A stretch of 64,000 nucleotides of DNA from Oikopleura dioica (taxonomy: Eukaryota; Animalia; Chordata). Below, one piece after another: positions 23,810 to 36,900 of this stretch. The number at the start of each line of letters is the position of its first letter. Position 1 is the first letter of the stretch. A program made the position numbers and the translations under genes. The DNA lies in the NCBI GenBank assembly GCA_907165135.1, contig OU015568.1:9238001-9302000 (forward strand). The letters run 5' to 3'. Below the pieces are notes generated by a model. The model saw only the letters and a program-made list of their open reading frames with translations. It was not told the DNA's origin and ran no database searches.

Positions 23810-25483
23810 TTAAATTTTTTCAAGTGCTCTCCAATATTCTTCGTCAGCTTTCTTTTTCTCTCGTTCAAGATGCTAAAAATGGTCAATTTGAAAATTCAAA
23901 TGGGAAAGGGTCATTTTTTTACCTGAGTTTTCTCTCGACTTGAGCGAGTTCCTCTTGTTCTTCGTAGAGCTTGAAGTACGTCCGAATATGCAGCCCAACT
24001 GGCAGTTGTTGAAATGGAGTATCTCTTGATATTTTCGCCTTTGTTATCCGCAAATAGGTGTCGATCGCGCTTTCTGGGATCTTGATCAAATGAGGGTTGA
24101 TGTTCTCGTCGACTTGTTTTCTTCGTCGGCAGAGGTGGTCTTTGAACAATTCGTAAACGCCAACAATCACGACGGAAATCGGAATCCACTCGGCCCAGTA
24201 CTCGTTTCTAGAGAAAAAATATAGGTTAGAGATAATTTTTAGAAATTACCGAAGTCGCTTGAATGGAATGAAATTTCTGAGCCCAAGAAAAGGATGATCG
24301 ATGTTGTCGGTACAGTACAGTACTGGTGGAGCGTGAGGATAATCAACTGGAAACTTTATGATGACGTTGGACATTTCGGTGATCGTACCACGTGGAAAAT
24401 GGATCGTCATCTTCCACGCGATGGCACTGGTGTCCACGATTCGAGATATTGATGCATTCATTCCAGCCTAAAAAGACATGTAAAAAAGGGTTGAATATCA
24501 AAAAGTACCTCATTGATGAATTCATGAATTTCGTCAAATTCTGTTTCTTCTCTACTGATTCTCGGTACATTCTGCGGCGTTCTCGGCCTTCTGGGAGTGT
24601 AACCAAAGTCGTCCTCGTGAAAATATCCATTGTTTTCTTGTTGCCTATGTTCTTCCGCAAAGTTCGGCTGTGGCAAATTATCTCGTTCCATATTCACATC
24701 GTCGACGACTTCTACGTCATCTTCTTCGTCATCAATTACGATTACTTCTTTCTCTTTTTCTTCCTCTGTATTCCCTCCATACTCTGGCTCTTCGTCGAAT
24801 TCGTCTTCGTAAAAATCATAGTCGAAACCAGGATAATTTCAAAAAAATTTTTGCGGGTCCGGAAATCATAATAAATCTGAAAGTGCAGTTTTCTTCAGCT
24901 CGTCGAGACGAGTCGAATGATGGGTCAAACTTTTGATGACTCCAATGATTAACCGGTTAGCCGGCAATTTCCCGGAAAATATATTTCTGGTCGCCGGTTT
25001 TGTTCTAGAAATGCTAGAATGACAAAAAAAGCGGGAAACCAGTCCTTGAAATTAGTTATTCTGTGGGTGAAAAAATGAGAATCATATCTCTAACCATAAG
25101 ATGTTTATCACCAAAATTCTATTTTCTTATGAAAATGGGACCGAAAATTAGGAAGGTGCAGCAACAACGAAATACATACAAAATTTAGAATTTTTATCGT
25201 TAAAAAAAGTTTCGCTATATATTTGACCAATATCTTTTTGCCCACAGTAGAACTGACCATAAGGATCAGTTTCCGGGTTCATTCATCATCCTAGCATTTC
25301 TAGAACAAAAACGGCGACCGGAAACGTATTTTCCGGTAACCAGCCGGTTAACCGGTCAATCCTTGGAGTTATCAAGAGTTTGACCCACCATTCGACTCGT
25401 CTCAACAAGCTGAAGAAAACTGCACTTTCAGAATTTTTACGATTTTCAGACCCGCAAAAATTTTTTTGAAATTATCCAGACAT
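23810..25483 (-). pseudogene. E2-fold (UEV-like) gene 1 with acidic SIM-like N-terminus, interrupted at codon 3 by a transposon
   Basis: Removing 24832-25476 plus one CAG gives MSGFDYDFYEDEF...; core reads WKMTI..FPVDYPHAPP..HPFL..IPFKRL; C-terminal coiled coil. Confidence 0.7.
24832..25476. mobile_element. Non-autonomous foldback element with ~190-bp TIRs and 3-bp CAG TSD
   Basis: GATAATTTCAAAAAAATTTTTGCGGGTC... mirrored by ...GACCCGCAAAAATTTTTTTGAAATTATC; CAG at 24829-24831 and 25477-25479. Confidence 0.9.
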
Positions 25484-26443
25484 GTTCACTAAGTCGCTCA
25501 TTTTTGACGGAATTTTTCTCTAGTTTGTTGGAGAATGAAAAAAGAGAAGCGAAAAAGTGAAGTTGTCTAGAGAATTTTTCGCTCATCAAAAACTTCCTAT
25601 TTTTCCTCTAGTAGGAAGAACTCGCCAAATTCTTGACCAGTCATTGCCCGGGTACTGGAGATTCTTGAGGCGAGTTTTTAGTTTGCCCAACTTTCTATAC
25701 CATAGAAAGTGTTCCGGAGAACATTTGCGGGCGAGAGGAGGTGTAAGAATGGGGGAGCGCGCGTTATAAGAGAAGTTCCTAAGGTACCGAAGGAAGATGA
25801 TCGAAGGCCTGATCATCTGGAAGGGGAGCACCTGAACAGGTTCTCTACCCTTAAATATGTCATCCGGAGAGCCCGCAGTCTCTACCGGGCATCCAGGAGT
25901 TCCGACTTATCCAGGACTCAACTGGGACTCCCGGTTACTGGGAGAATTTTTCATGTTTCGAACTCGCAACCTGGAGATTCGTTGGCTAGTAAACATACCA
26001 ACCGGCCACCGCGGGCCGAGATCTGCGTCAAAAAACGGTCTGTTTATGAGCCATTATTTGAAAAATCATTGTTGTTTGCATTGAGAAATCTAGTGTATTT
26101 GGATATTCAAAATCGGAAATGAACTTTGCTATTCAAATTTCAACATAAATCCGCGCTTGTGATAGTTTATTTAAAAAGCGTCTTGCGAAACAAAAGAAAG
26201 AAAACTTTCCAGGATAATCGGCTGGTGAGTTAGTTCGGGTGAAAGAAAGAAAACGCGCCGGCGGCGTGTAAATTCTCACTGGGCGACATTTGGCGAAAGA
26301 ATGTGAATTGATGGAAAGATCTTTCTTTTTCCATGTGAGACAACTATTCGCCATCATTATTTGTCTACTTTGGCTAGAGCTCAAAACTAAGCATTATTTT
26401 GCCAACTTCATTACAGAGAAAAAGAGAGAAAACATAGAAGAAA

Positions 26444-29176
26444 ATGTCATGTGGACTCTTAGTAAGTAACAAAACTTCATTTCTACTGTTAGCGAACTTG
26501 CTCTAACAGCTCTCGATGAAAGGCAAACTTAGATGAGAAGTTTGCTTAGTGAAACTAATTTTTGAAAATGACGCTCCTAGGAAAGACTGGCGGCAGAAAG
26601 CGATGCTCATGTCGACATTTGGACAGGGGCGTTTCTTGGCGAAAGTGGACCCCTGAAGAAATATTTAAGGTGATTCTAAAGTTCTAGCAGAAAGTTCTAC
26701 TGACAGTTACTTACAGTACAGATGTGAACAACATCACTGATATTCAAAAAGTAAAAAGTGATTCAAAAGTAATTCAACCTCTTTTCAGTTCATTTCGTAA
26801 AAACCATCACCCGGATGATGTGAACAACCCAGGAACTGATTCTTCTATAAATTATAGAATATAATTATAGACTATAATAAAGAGTTGCTTTTACGTCAAT
26901 TCAGTTCCGTTTCGATCCCTAACGTTTGAAAATCATTAAAATAGATGTTCGCAATAAAGGTGGATGGACACCGTTACTGTATGCATGAAACGGCATTGAA
27001 ACAATTAATCAATAAAACTATCCGGAAATAACCTTTCCTAACTTTGTTCTCGAGCCGCATAAAAGCCATTCGGGACACCTTGAGATGATCAAAATGATCC
27101 TAAAGGTAAAGAATTTCGAACACCAAGGTTTATTGTTGCTAAATTTCACTGTAGGCTGGTGCAGATCCGAATTTATCTGCGGCTGGACAGGGACGGGGCA
27201 AATATTTTCAAGCCATTTCTTGTGTCCAAGACATCAAAATAAGCCTTGAACAAGATACCGTTACTATTAGCAATTGCTTCCGGCCCATTTGACTGTATTC
27301 CGGTACTGCTCCAAGCTGGTGCCAGACTTGACATTTTGGACAAAAAGAAGAATACTGCGCTTCATTACGCTGCTACTTATGGACATTATCAATCTATTAA
27401 ATTTCTGAAGTTGAATGGTGCAGATATAAACGCCCAGAATCACTATGGATGTACCCCTCTTATGGGTAAGTTTTCTGAGGAAGACGAGCTTATGTAGTAG
27501 ATTCTAGAGGCGGTGGCGAATGGACATGAATTGGTGGTGCAGTTGTTGCTAGAAGAAGGTGCGAATGCGGATGTTAAAAACTTCAAAAATGTAAGTGACC
27601 AAAGTTAACCCTATCGCTTAAAAATTGGGCTTTCTCCCCCAATTGGTTGAAAAACGATCAACTACTAGGTATGTTTTAGCTTTCATGTATGGACATCGCC
27701 CGGCAACACGGATTTCACCGTATAAGCGATTTACTATCCGATGCTAGTAGAAGACGTCTATTTGCTTCATCTACTCATCCTTCAGGTTAGCGAAATTGCC
27801 TCAATGAGAATCCAGCGCGTAAATAACAAACACAAACCGTTGACAGTAGTGAATAGTCGTAAAGCAACAAAAATGAGGTGACAATGCTCGACCTTCCAGA
27901 CTTCCTTTGACAGCGGCCTTGAGGAGAATGAGTGACCTCCAAAAATTATTTACCAAATGGCCATTTTCATTATTTCCTACTTGGGCCCAGTGACATTTTG
28001 CGTTTTATATGACCAACATTATGGTCTTTCTCAGAGAGAGAAAAGCTCGAAAACAACATCGACAGTCAGGCATTGCTTATTGAAAATCGGCTTTACAGTC
28101 ATGTTATTCAAATATACTATCTTTTGTGCCACTTAGACAAAGGAAGTATTTTAAGGATATCAGCTTGGAGATTCACTTCCATCAATAAACAAGGGTCCAG
28201 CAGAGTTTGATCGCATGATGGCGCAAGGAGGAGGAAACAACTTTCAAGTCGACGACGAGATCTTCCAACAAAAGGTAAATATTTTCACTTTCGAAATCCT
28301 AAAATCCTAAATCGACCTATCACACCCTTAATCAAACACGCTCAAAGTCATTATTTTCGTAAAAAAGAGTATCGTAGCTGCGCGATTTGAAAATCAACAA
28401 GTCCGAAAAGCGACTTCCAGTAAAGCAACCTTCACCAGAAGTTCATAAAATGCCACAGTATCAAAATCCGATGATGCCTCAACCAACGGCGGATGGATTT
28501 GGGTCTATAAAAGAAATTCTTGATTCGATTGGTTTGGCCAAATATGAAACTGTTTTTATTGAGCAAGGTAAAAAACTAGTGCGAAATTGAAAGTGTAAAT
28601 ATCATTTTAGATATCGACTTGCAAGTATTTTTAACCCTAAGCGAGCAAGATCTGAAAGAGATTGGGATTAATCTTTTTGGCCCTAGAAGAAAGCTGGCAA
28701 ACTGCATTTCCAGGTATGGTCTTCAACTTACAAGTATTTGAATGGATTTTTAGGATTCAAGAAGGCTTGAAAACAAAAATAAACGGGGTCGAGCAAGTTT
28801 ATGCAGACCGTCTTCAGGCAAAACGTGAGGATAGACCTATAGAACCTCATTTTATATAAATTCTAGTGGCCCAAGAAGAGGCAGAACGTGAAAAAGTACA
28901 GTCCCAAATGAGCGAACTCGCGCTTTTGCTGAAACAAGAAAAACAACTGCGTGTTATTGCGGAGCAGTTCGTCCAAGACAGCGAAGTAAACAACAACAGA
29001 TTTCAACAGGTAACGCCCAGAACTGAATAACCTCGAGTTTAAAATCGACCTCGTAGATACTGCAAACAGTGCTATCGGAAGTGGAGATAATGATGCGAAG
29101 CGAACAGTCTAATGGCAGCCTCAAGGAGCGACTGAATTTACTCAGACGAACGCTGATCCGATACTGTTCCCAATAA
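26444..29176 (+). CDS. ANKS3: Ankyrin repeat and SAM domain protein 3
   Basis: NKGGWTPLLY, NTALHYAATYGH, GCTPLM..GHELVVQLLL; SAM IGLAKYETVFIEQDIDLQVFLTLSEQDLKEIGINLFGPRRK; YADRLQ and C-terminal coiled coil. Confidence 0.85.
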
Positions 29177-29313
29177 CTGTACATTCAATTCAATAAAACA
29201 ATGCAAAAAGCGATTATGTTCTCTAGGACGTAAATATTTTCTAGATACCTTGATTACCTTCAATGCCAAAATTATTTTCTCAGCAGTTAGACGCATAAAA
29301 AATCAGTTTCGGC

Positions 29314-30163
29314 ATGGCAGCTGCTAGAGAACAAAAGGAATACGAGGATATTAATCAGTTTATTGAAGATGTAAGGCATTCTTTTTGAAAATTGCTCTCT
29401 ACCATCACTGTTTTAGTCTCAATGTATGAATGCATCGGTGAGCAGAATTTCCGCTGGCAACTTTCTCGCTTGGAAAGTGAAGATATTTAGCCCTCTATTC
29501 TCTGTTCATGATCTAGCAGAAAACGACTCTCATGTTGTATCAACGATCATGATCGAGTTTCCAGTGGACTATCCCATCGCGCCTCCTGTTGTCTACTGCA
29601 CTGATGCTGTCAACCACCCATTTCTTGGCGAAGGAAATCGAATTCCTTTCAAGCAACTCAAGTAAGCAAAATATTAGTAAAATAACTTCATCAGATTCAG
29701 GGACAAGTCTGCTTGGAGCCCTCTGATTCCGATTTCCCTTGTAATCACTGGCATTCATGATTTGTTCTTGAGCCATCTTTGCACGCATCCTGAGGAAAAT
29801 CTTGTTTCAAGGCCTCCAAGAATAACGAAAAAGCCGAATTTCGATGTGAAAATACCAGAAACAGCCATCGACAAATATCTCGATCAACCTGAGCTGCCAG
29901 TAAATGATAAAATACGAGAAGTCTTCAAGGTTAGTTTTCAAGACATTTTCATTATTTGAAATTCAAAATTTGAACCCGTTTTCAAGCTCCATGAAAAACA
30001 AGACGAGCTGAAAGAAGTTCAAGAAAAAATGAGCGAGCTGAAAAAAGCGCAGAAAAAACTTCGAAAACGACGAAAAAAGCTTGAAAAGGCTGTTAAAAAG
30101 CGTCGAAGACTTGCAGGGGTCAGGCGAGCAGATGAAGAGGAAGAGGAAGATTCCGATAACTGA
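29314..30163 (+). CDS. E2-fold (UEV-like) protein 2 with coiled-coil tail
   Basis: AWKVKI..IEFPVDYPIAPP..NHPFLGEGNRIPFKQL..WSP; Pro at the catalytic Cys position. Confidence 0.75.
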
Positions 30164-30300
30164 TTTTTTTGTCTACTTTAACTGTATTTTGATATGAATA
30201 AATTTTCTATTTTCTTAATTGAGTGTTCTCTCTAGAATAATCAGCAGTACATGTTGTGGTGCAATTAGGGTCGTTGATTTCATAAAGTTAGCTTTCAAAA

Positions 30301-31121
30301 ATGGAGAACGACGATGTCACTAGAATGCGCAGATTGAACAGAGAATTTCATGAAATCCACGATTTTATCGATAAGGTAGGATTAAAAAGGGTCCTTACTG
30401 CTAGAAAATCATCTTTCAGTCTGAGATGAAGATGTCTATTCTGAAGCTCCGGGGCCAAATGTGGAAGGTGATCATTCATGGGCCTCCGGGAACGATTTTC
30501 GAAGGGAAGAATCAAACCTTCATTGTCCAGTTTCCCGAGGGCTATCCGTTCGATCCTCCGATGATTTATACTGCAGATGAAGACATTCGACTTCCTTTTC
30601 TTCTTGGAGGAAATGTCGCGCCGTTCAAGATTCTCAGGTAAAAAATAATCATGGTTCTTTTTATCTTATTTTTGAACAGTACAAACTGGTTTCCCGCATG
30701 TCCGATTTCCCTGCCTATTACAGCACTCTACTACCATTTCATCATCAATGGAAAAGCTAAAAGCGAAAACGACGCCTCGACCACGAAGGAAGAAGCTTTT
30801 CTAATGAAACCAATCGAGATTCCGAAGATCGCATTCGAGGCTTTCATAAAGACCGTCGAAAAACGCGTCAAAGCAGGAACACTTTCAGAAAAACGAGCGA
30901 AAAATCCACTCGGCATTGTAAAGAATCTCGCCAAAAAAGCTGAGAATGACAAGAAAAAAATCGAGGAAAAGAAAATCAAGGAAGAGAAAACAACTGATGA
31001 CAACAACAAAATTGACGAGGAGCTGGAAAAGCTGCATGAGCGAAAAAGAGTGCTCGAGGAACAAATCAGAAACTGCGACAAGAAAATTTCTCATTACGAA
31101 AAGCTCTGTAACTCTGCCTAA
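30301..31121 (+). CDS. E2-fold (UEV-like) protein 3 with coiled-coil tail
   Basis: RRLNREF, WKVIIHGPPGTIFEG, FPEGYPFDPP, LPFLLGGNVAPFKIL, WFP; no catalytic Cys. Confidence 0.8.
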
Positions 31122-32294
31122 TTTTTATTCACTGAAATCATTTTCAATACAGTCTTCTTTAATGCGATCATATCAATTCTCAAGAAGCAAGAAAACTGAG
31201 ATAGGCCTTATTACTGACATGAAGTATCATAATTGCCGCCTCCGAGCACTGTCCAGTGGACAGTGTCCACTTGATATCAATTCTTTCATCTTTTCAGTTT
31301 GATTTTCAAGCTTGATTTTCAGTTTTCGCTTTCTCCAAAAAGAGAAAATTTCCACGACGATGGGATGTAAAATAAGGCAAAGATGCAAAAATACTGAAGC
31401 TCTTGGAAGCCGTTAAGAAATAATTAATGTGTTCTAATGCGCATATTGGGTAGATTTACTGGTTTCACACTCGGCTGAAGGGATAAGCATCTTCAGTAAA
31501 AGCGAGGAAAAATGTGTGATTGCTTCTCACTCATTTAGAAATGCAAATGCAAAGTAAGTCCACAGTGATTAAAGGTTCAGCGGGTGGAATCGATTTTGAC
31601 CAACAAATCTGGCAGCTTGGAACTTTTACTTAGCCCTAAAGGCGAATTCCAAAAGTTGTAACGAAATTTGAGATTAATCTTTATCCAACACTTTTTCGAG
31701 AAAAAATGAGCAGTGGAATCGCACTGTAAGTCAATTCAGAACAAAAAGGAGGCATTTGCAAATGCGTTTTTTCGGGCAATGGCGCAAATAAAAACCCGAC
31801 TAATAACGCTTGCCATAATGGCTCTTGTCAACGAGGATTATTGACCCATCAAGTAAATTTTTATAGCACCAGTGTTCGAACATCTTCATTTTTAAAACAA
31901 AGCTTTTAGAGATAAATTTGAAAAGAAAAATCTTCAACAGGTTAAAATTTATTAACCCATTACCGCGATATGGCAATTTTATCGACACCAATTTTTTCGT
32001 CTCCCGCGCCAATGAGTTAACTCATTTTAACCCGTTGAGAAGTTATTTTATTTGAAAATTCTTTCGAAAAAAGGCTTTTTGAAAGTGTGGCCAGCCTTGA
32101 ACTTTCCAAAACATCTCTCCCGTCATGTAAAATTCATTCAAGACAAAAGGGTATTCGGCTCGTAAAGAAAGCTATTTTCCTTTTGGCTGAGTAATTATTC
32201 ATTTATCCAAGGGTCTAGGGCTGCCCGTGCCAATATTTGACGATAACAGTTGCGAATTTGTAGAGTTGAGAACTTTCACCAGAGAAAAATCGCA

Positions 32295-32927
32295 ATGGAG
32301 AACGACAGAAAAGCGCCAGCAGCGGGGAGGAGAAAGACGAGAGATTCAGTCAAAAATGTTAGACAGAAGAATGCAAGCAAAATCGTAAGTTTTTTAAATT
32401 AAAAATAGTTAAGACCTTTGTAGAGCTCCACGAGGGCTTAAAATGTCAATAGGAAATTAAACTTATCAAGCTGTTTTCTAGACAAAGCAGAGCACAGTCG
32501 ACGAGTCCAAAGCTCCGAACGATTCGAAGCATGAAGACGAGGATCTTCAAGAAATGATCGTGACGGCGAACATTCAACGGGGCCTGAGCAGAGTATCAAT
32601 TCGAAAACCGCGGAAACCAGCGGGAGATGTCACAGAAGAAAAACTAGCCGACTTGAATCTGAAAAGAAGAGATCTGACTCAAGGTAAAATTTGCTCGTTT
32701 TTTTTTTGGTTTGAAAAAAGAGGTTTTCAGAACTGAAGGATTTGGAATTTCAGCTGTCTTGCATCACGAGTTTATTGGCAAAGGAGATTACTGCTAATGT
32801 AAGGCTAAATTAGGGATGGAAAGAAACTGAGAAACATTTTAGAGGATTGTGGAATGGTGCCGAGATCACGGCCAATTCGTCGGCATTTCAATCAAGAGCC
32901 ACAGCTACCTCGAGTCCGACTTCTGAA
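32295..32927 (+). CDS. Small multi-exon gene of unknown function; 3' exons uncertain
   Basis: ATG at 32295 with GT-AG introns joining MENDRKAP... to ...DLNLKRRDLTQ. Confidence 0.35.
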
Positions 32928-33437
32928 TTCTAAATTTCTGACGATTCTGGCGACTTTTAAATTATGAAGATTTCACGATTTTCCTTGCTCTTTCACCTCT
33001 GTAAATAGAACGAGTAACAACCGCTAATAAACAGCAATTTATCGCATTTTCGATGAAAAGTTCTCTAGATCTTTCACAACGAATTCTTCCAATTCGAGAT
33101 TTTCAAAATCATCTTTTTTCAATGTTGAAAATGAAAGTTCCCGTCGCTAAGTTAGAGATGGAAAACCACCAGAATGAAGATTCTTTTTTGGGACTTGTAC
33201 TCGACATGGATAAGGTTAGCAACGGTTATTTTTAGATAATAATCGGTTTGCGCCATTTTTTTGAGGGTAAAAAGCGCTTCAACAACAGATTTTTTTCAGT
33301 CCGAGACGGGGCAGGACCGAGATTTGGGCATTTTTTATTTTGAAATTTTGAGAGCGACAACGCAAATTCACCGATTATGGTAAGAAAAGCCGCAATAAAG
33401 AACCTAATCTTGGCTCCCAATAAATTGAACTAACTTC

Positions 33438-33616
33438 GGCAGTAGTGGTTTATGTCAGTTTTTTAAGCCCTTAGCGGATTTTCCGAATTTTAGGAGATCA
33501 GAAGGCCGGAAATAAAATTGAAAAGTCGAAACTAAAATCAAATTTTCCCTTTTTTTCTCCAAGAATTTGGGAAATCCACTACTAGCTTGAAAAATTGATA
33601 TTGCACCACTACTGCC
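33438..33616. mobile_element. Degenerate MITE upstream of RanBP2
   Basis: Imperfect ~32-bp inverted repeat GGCAGTAGTGGT...ACCACTACTGCC; no clear TSD. Confidence 0.65.
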
Positions 33617-33719
33617 ACGGTTGATTAGCGCTAGAATCCCGATTGATCAGTCGCCTAATTCAGAGGGTTGAGCTCATTGACTGGAATCCTCGAACGTGAC
33701 TGAACGGAATTTCTAGCCC

Positions 33720-33835
33720 TGGGGAAGGGCGCGCGGCGGCGGCCAATCACGTGCCAGATTCAGTGAGATTCAGATATCGCTTCGTCTCAGGCTCGCGCAA
33801 AGTCGAGTAACGGAAATCTGCACGAGAGCCAATTA
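33720..33835 (+). promoter_or_regulatory. Putative RanBP2 promoter (GC-rich, CCAAT box abutting a CACGTG E-box)
   Basis: GGCCAATCACGTG at about 33741 and a second CCAAT at about 33829, 150-240 nt before the ATG. Confidence 0.4.
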
Positions 33836-33983
33836 TTTGGCGCTTTTGAGTTTTAACGAGTTTTTGAGAGAAAAATAACGAAAATAATGAAGATTTTGGA
33901 GAGAAATTTTTCACTTTTTGACTAATTTATAGTGATTGTTACTTATTAAATTGCTAGATAATATCTAAGCCAAGTAATTTCAG

Positions 33984-36900
33984 ATGATGGAGAAAGACGA
34001 AATCGACGCGAAAGTAAATGAGCTGGCCAGGTCTGGCGGAAACCCGGCCATGCGAGGGGTGATGTTCGCCAATATGTACATCAAAGTCAAAGCATACGAC
34101 TCAGCAATGAGTTGGTTGGATAAATTTTTAACTGTTAAAGGTACTGTCCGAAAGTATGTTTTACTTCTTACAGTCTTTCTTTAGGAAGAGATGCAGATGC
34201 CTACTCCTTGTATGGAGATTGTCAATTCGGAAAAGAAAATTATCAAAAAGCGCTTGATTGCTACAAGGTAAATCTTCCTCTCTGTATGATTCTAAATCGA
34301 ATTCTAGCGCTCCCTCGAATTCCGCCCTCGCCAGCCCGCCCTGGCGTTGAAAGTGGCAGATATGCTTGTTCGCCGTGCCGAGACGCGAAACCTCTCCAGT
34401 GCCAAGATCTGGATCGCCAAGGCCGAGAACTTCAACCAAGGCAGTCTCGAGCTGTACGAAGTGCGCAAAAGTTTCACCGAACAGCGCATCGCCGCGAAAG
34501 AAGTAGAACCCATCGAGATCGAGCGACTGATTCAAAATCAACTTCGCCAAACGCCTCGATGCGCAAAATTATACATCGACTTGCTGCACCATTTCAAACG
34601 CCAGAAGAATTTGAAAGAAGCGATCGCCCCGCAGATTAGAAAATTAGAATCAGACGCCGTATCCAGGTAATTTTGTAATAGAGCGCTTATCCTAAATATG
34701 TATAATTACCAACTTAAATTCAAATGTTTCACTAACGAATTCAGAACGGTTCTCATGGGCTCTGTTGAATGGCTCGAAGAAACAGCAAAGTATTCAAAAG
34801 ACAAATCCGAGCGTCTCTCGAAGCAAATAATCCTCTGCAAGCTAAAACTCCTCCGACAAATCATCACCAAAAACGACTTGCTGAACCTCGACACCTTCCT
34901 GCTGGACTACAGCAGCGACGGACAACTAAAAAGCTCGGAACGAAGCTTCTTATCTTCGCCCTCGCTTCTCTCGAAAACAGCAGCCTCTTACAGGGTGTTT
35001 TACTCCACCAAAGTCTCGCGAAACCAGCTAATATCTCGAATGAATTACCAAATCACGCGCTCCTCCGTGAAGTCGACTCGTCAAAAATCGCAATTGCTGC
35101 TGCGTACCTCAGTTCCGCCGCTAACAACCCCGCCGCCATCGAAAAGGAGCTCAAGCTCCAGCTTTCCGGCGAAGAGCAGCGCATCAGGCTTGCGGCCAAT
35201 CTCCTTCCAAAGTCAAAATATCTCTCCGTGGCGCTCACACCTGACGACTGTAAACTTGAAGATGTCCAATTTCAAATGGAAAAAATCGTGGCCAACTTCG
35301 GCAACGATCTTGACTCGCTCGTTTGGACCCTGGCCGCCGGAGGGTTTAAACCAGCTCTTCTCCAGCGATATGTCAAGTCTCAATTCGCTACTTTGATAGC
35401 CACTACATCAGATGCCAATCAAATCAGCCAGTACGACATTGAGTCCTTCCTCGTCGCCGTCATCGCCAATGTCGACGCTTCCTCGATCGCCACTTCGCTT
35501 CCCAAAAACAACATCATCTTCAAACAAGAGCAGCGAGATTTCTGGGACGCAGCAGTTCTGCTTTACAAGTCTCAGGCGATGAAGAGCAACATGGCTCAAC
35601 TCCGACGAACATTGAAAAACGGCAAAAACGTGATCCGACTTGCCGGGCGAAATCCATCTGTAGAAATTGTCACAAAGATTGGTCAACATTTTGCTCACAC
35701 TGATCGACCAGGCTTTGCGCTCAAGTACCTAGAATCCGTCGAAAATGAGCTGATCTCCCTCTCAAAGGATAAGGCAATCCTTGGTTCAAAAGCCGAAGTG
35801 ACCTTCCTCGGATCTGCAGCTGTGAAACTCAACTGCGTTTCAGCTGGACAAGCCGTCGCAGACCTCGCGCTCGCCCGCGGAAATTTGAAAGCAGAAGAAG
35901 GAAACATTGAAGAAGCTATTTCATTCTACGAAGCGGCTAACACTGCTGAATCCCTCATCAACGCAGCTTCGATGATCCGTGATATCGAAACTGACGATAG
36001 CGAAGATTCCCGCGTAGAATCTCTTGAACGCGCGCTCCACTACTGCTCCAAGGCGAAAACGCTAAAGCCAGATGCAAATCAGACAGAGTTGCTTCAAGAA
36101 GTCGAATCTGAGTTGTCAGAAGTGCTGAATGAAAGCAAAATGACGATGAACAGCACGGCCGCTAACGCTACCAACGGAACAACTCAAAATGGAACGCTCA
36201 ACGGAACGCTCAATGGCACCTTGAACTCGACAGTCGAAAGTGTCTATACAACTCCTCAAGTTCGTTGGACGCCGTCTCGTTCCAGCAAAAACAAGGAGCT
36301 CGAAAACACCATCAAAGAATTGAAAGAACTAGTGATCCAAAAGGATACGAAAATCGATGAATTGACGAAGAATGTCCAGTCGAACGCAGACAACATCCGT
36401 CAACTCACGGGACTGATCACCAACTTGCTCGTCACGACCCAACCAATGATGATGCATCATATGGCCGTGATGGGTGGTCAAAGACCACCAGTACCCATGC
36501 CGGGGCATGAAGCAATAGCGCAGATGCAGCGTCTGCCGATGCAACAAGGTCAGCAGCCAGTGCCCATGCAGAATCCGATGGTAGCGCAGCAGCAAGCAAT
36601 GCGCATGCCGATTAATAGATTTGGACAGCCTATGCCAGGCGGTATGCCTCCTCGGCCAATGATGGTACCTCAACCAGCTCGACCACAAATGGTCCCTCAG
36701 CCACAACAGGCAGCTGCTCCGGTTCAAGCACCAGTTCAAGCGGCTGAAATTCCAAAGCCAACTCTACCTGTCTCAAAAGCCGAGCCTCTTCAGTTCTCAA
36801 CACCAAACAAGACCCAAGAGCCGCCTAAGTTTGAGTTCAAGCCAAAAGATGGCCCCTCTGCATTTGAGTCGAAACCGCTTACTGGTGGTTTCTTGAGCTC

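Noticed and set aside
26716-26832. Mutually exclusive exons in ANKS3 sharing GATGTGAACAAC
   Set aside because: Phases cannot be resolved by eye; needs transcripts
34925-34935. Frameshift in RanBP2 (CTAAAAAG)
   Set aside because: One extra A in the homopolymer restores DGQLKKLG; most likely an assembly indel rather than recoding
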